64,000 nt of DNA, taken from contig JASCQW010000099.1 in NCBI GenBank assembly GCA_030264375.1, forward strand, positions 17,239,874-17,303,873, written 5' to 3'. Under the pieces are notes generated by a model. The model was not told the DNA's origin, did not search any database, and saw nothing but the letters and a program-made list of their open reading frames with translations. Shown here piece by piece: positions 61,800 to 64,000 of the stretch. This stretch comes from Carcharhinus longimanus (taxonomy: Eukaryota). Position 1 is the first letter of the stretch; each line of letters starts with the position of its first letter. A program made the translations under genes and the position numbers.

Positions 61800-63180
61800 A
61801 CTCAGTGAGCAACCTGAATGAGTTTGCCACTGCAGTAACAGACTTCATTAGTGTTAGAAGGCTGTCGAATAGTGTATGCCAAAGAAGCTAATCCAAGTGT
61901 TTCCCAACTGGAAATCATGGATGAACAGGGATATTCACTGCCTACTCAAGTCCAGGTCTAAGGCATTCAAGTCAGGTGACCCTTAGATCCAAGAAATCCA
62001 GATACGATCTATGGAGAACCATCAAAGATGTTAAGGGACAATACCAGGGCAAGCTAGAATCCCAGGCTAGCCACACGAACACTCACTGATTATGGCAATG
62101 CCTGCAAGACTAAACTTGCTATAGGGTGAAGATGAGTAGAATCACTGGCAGAAATGCATCTCTCCCCGAAGAGCTCAATGTAGTCTATGTCCGTTTTGAG
62201 CAAGAGGTCAGCGAGACACGCCTTTCACCCCAACAACCTCAGTGGAACTGGTATCCAAGGTCACCATCGCAGACATTAGAACAGCCTTCATAAAAGTCAA
62301 CCCCACAGTTGGGCTATCCAGAGGAGCATTTAGATCCTGCACTGACCAGATGGCAGGGATATTTGCAGGTATCTTTAACCTCTCCTTCTGCTGATCTGAG
62401 GTCCCTACCTGCTTCGAGAAGAGAACAATCATCCCAATACCAACAAGAATCCGAGCAGTGTGCCTTAATGACTATCGCCCAGTGGCTTTCATGTCCATTA
62501 TTATGATGAACTCTGGTCCTCAGATTGCCTGGATCCCCTCCAATTCGCCTATTGCTGCAACAGGTCCACAGCAGATGCCATTTCTCTGGCCACTGGAGCA
62601 CTTAGATAACAAATACACTTATGTAAAAGTTAACATTTATTTATTAGTCACAAGTGGAATTACATTTTATTGTGAAAATCCCCTTGTCGCCACTCTCCAG
62701 CGCTGGTTCGAGTACACTGAGGGAGAATTTAGCATGGCCAATCCACCTAACCAGCATGTCTTTCGGACTGTGGGAGGGAACCGGAGCGCCCGGAGGAAAC
62801 CCACGCAGACAGAAAGAGAACGTGCAAACTCTGCACAGAGAGTGACCCAAGCCAGGAATTGAACCCAGGCCCCTGGCTCTGTGAGGCAACAGTGCTAAAC
62901 ACTGTGTCACTGTGTCGCCGACCCTTTCGACTGACTACAGCTCAGCTTTCAATACTATTATCCCATCAAAACTCATCTCCAAACTCAATGGCAGAGAGCT
63001 CGGCTGTAATAACATCTCCTCCTTGATCATCTCAACACCAGTGCCCCACAACGCTGCATCCTTAGTCCTTTACTATACTCCTTATATGCTCATGACAGCA
63101 TGGCCAAATTCCAATCCAAATCCATTTTCAAGTTTGCTGATGACACCACCGTAGTGTGTCAGCTCTCAAACGATGAGATG
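61800..63180 (+). mobile_element. Decayed Rex1/Babar LINE with a nested minus-strand V-SINE (62625-62918)
   Basis: FPNWKSWMN, CLNDYRPVA, DYSSAFNTIIPSKL, FKFADDTTVV. Confidence 0.85.
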
Positions 63181-63734
63181 GAGTCATTGCACATGTGGAA
63201 CATGAGGTGTATTCACATGGGTTGGAGCTGAGTGTGTGGATGAGAAGCCGGAGACCAAGAAAAGATCTTTGACAGTGTGAGGGAAGCCAGTGTGAGTGAA
63301 TTTCGACAATGACTGAACACTGAAGAATGGAACCAGTGAGGGGAAACTGGGAATGAGGCATTGACGGAGGATGGGATGGTTAACCATGTCAAAGTTGTAG
63401 ATAGGCTGAGAAGGAAGAGGAGGGAGAGTTTGCTGTGGTCACAGCCACATGGATATAATTTGTAGCATGAATAAGGGCTGTTTCAGAGCTGTGGCAGAAG
63501 TGGAAACCTGATCAAAGGTGGAGCTATGGAACAGTCCTTGACTGTTGGACGTTTGAGTTATGATGGCTGGCGATGCAGCATTTATAATTTAATACTGTGC
63601 AGTGAATTTGAAATGATAATTCTGACTTTATGACTCTGTAATAAATTGGGCATTAATAATTAAATTGATGTGACTCAAAGTAACAAGGGATTTAATGCCA
63701 ATGATAAATAATATTTACAACAGAAGGTCAAGAG

Positions 63735-64000
63735 GGCAGACAGATGGCAGATGAAGTTTAATCTGGACAAATGTGAGGTAATGGCATTTTGGAAGGCCTA
63801 ATACAGATAGGGAACATACAGTAAATGGCAGAAGAGTATTGATAGGCAAAGAGATCTGGGTGTACAGGTACACAGGTCACTGAAAGTGGCAGCGCAGTTG
63901 GAGAAGGTAGTCAAGAAGGCATACGGCATGCTTGCCTTCATCAGCCGGGGTATTGAGCTTAAAAATTGGCAAGTCATGTTGCAGCTTTATAGACTCTTAG
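63735..64000 (+). mobile_element. CR1 ORF2 fragment
   Basis: ADRWQMKFNLDKCEV, RDLGVQVHRSLK, VVKKAYGMLAFI. Confidence 0.9.

Overview
This is eukaryotic DNA from a draft assembly with many N gaps, most likely a shark or other elasmobranch, judging from HE1-type V-SINEs, CR1/HER1-type LINEs, Rex1/Babar, L2, Tx1, Penelope-type ends, Gypsy/Gmr1 and Harbinger remnants. The only host-gene content I can support is a head-to-tail tandem cluster of two-exon class A GPCR genes related to GPR139/GPR142, all on the minus strand. Each has a 60-80 nt first coding exon ending in TM1, a phase-1 intron, and one large second exon. About eight gene units or remnants in two subfamilies are visible. Subfamily I: A at 17.5-18.05 kb, B at 23.1 and 24.0 kb, C at 26.7-27.4 and 32.0 kb, D at 35.0 kb. 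Subfamily II: E at 45.7-46.6 and 47.7 kb, F at 47.9 and 49.3 kb, a G promoter at 53 kb, and an H fragment at 56.3 kb. They sit in segmental duplication units. B, C, D, E and H carry stops, deletions or broken splice sites; A, F and G run into gaps and may be intact. The pattern resembles a birth-and-death receptor repertoire, possibly chemosensory (inference). A second signal is a set of palindromic Penelope-derived insertions carrying degenerate hammerhead-ribozyme cores. Repeat boundaries are approximate and family names come from motif recognition, not database searches. There are no prokaryotic features.
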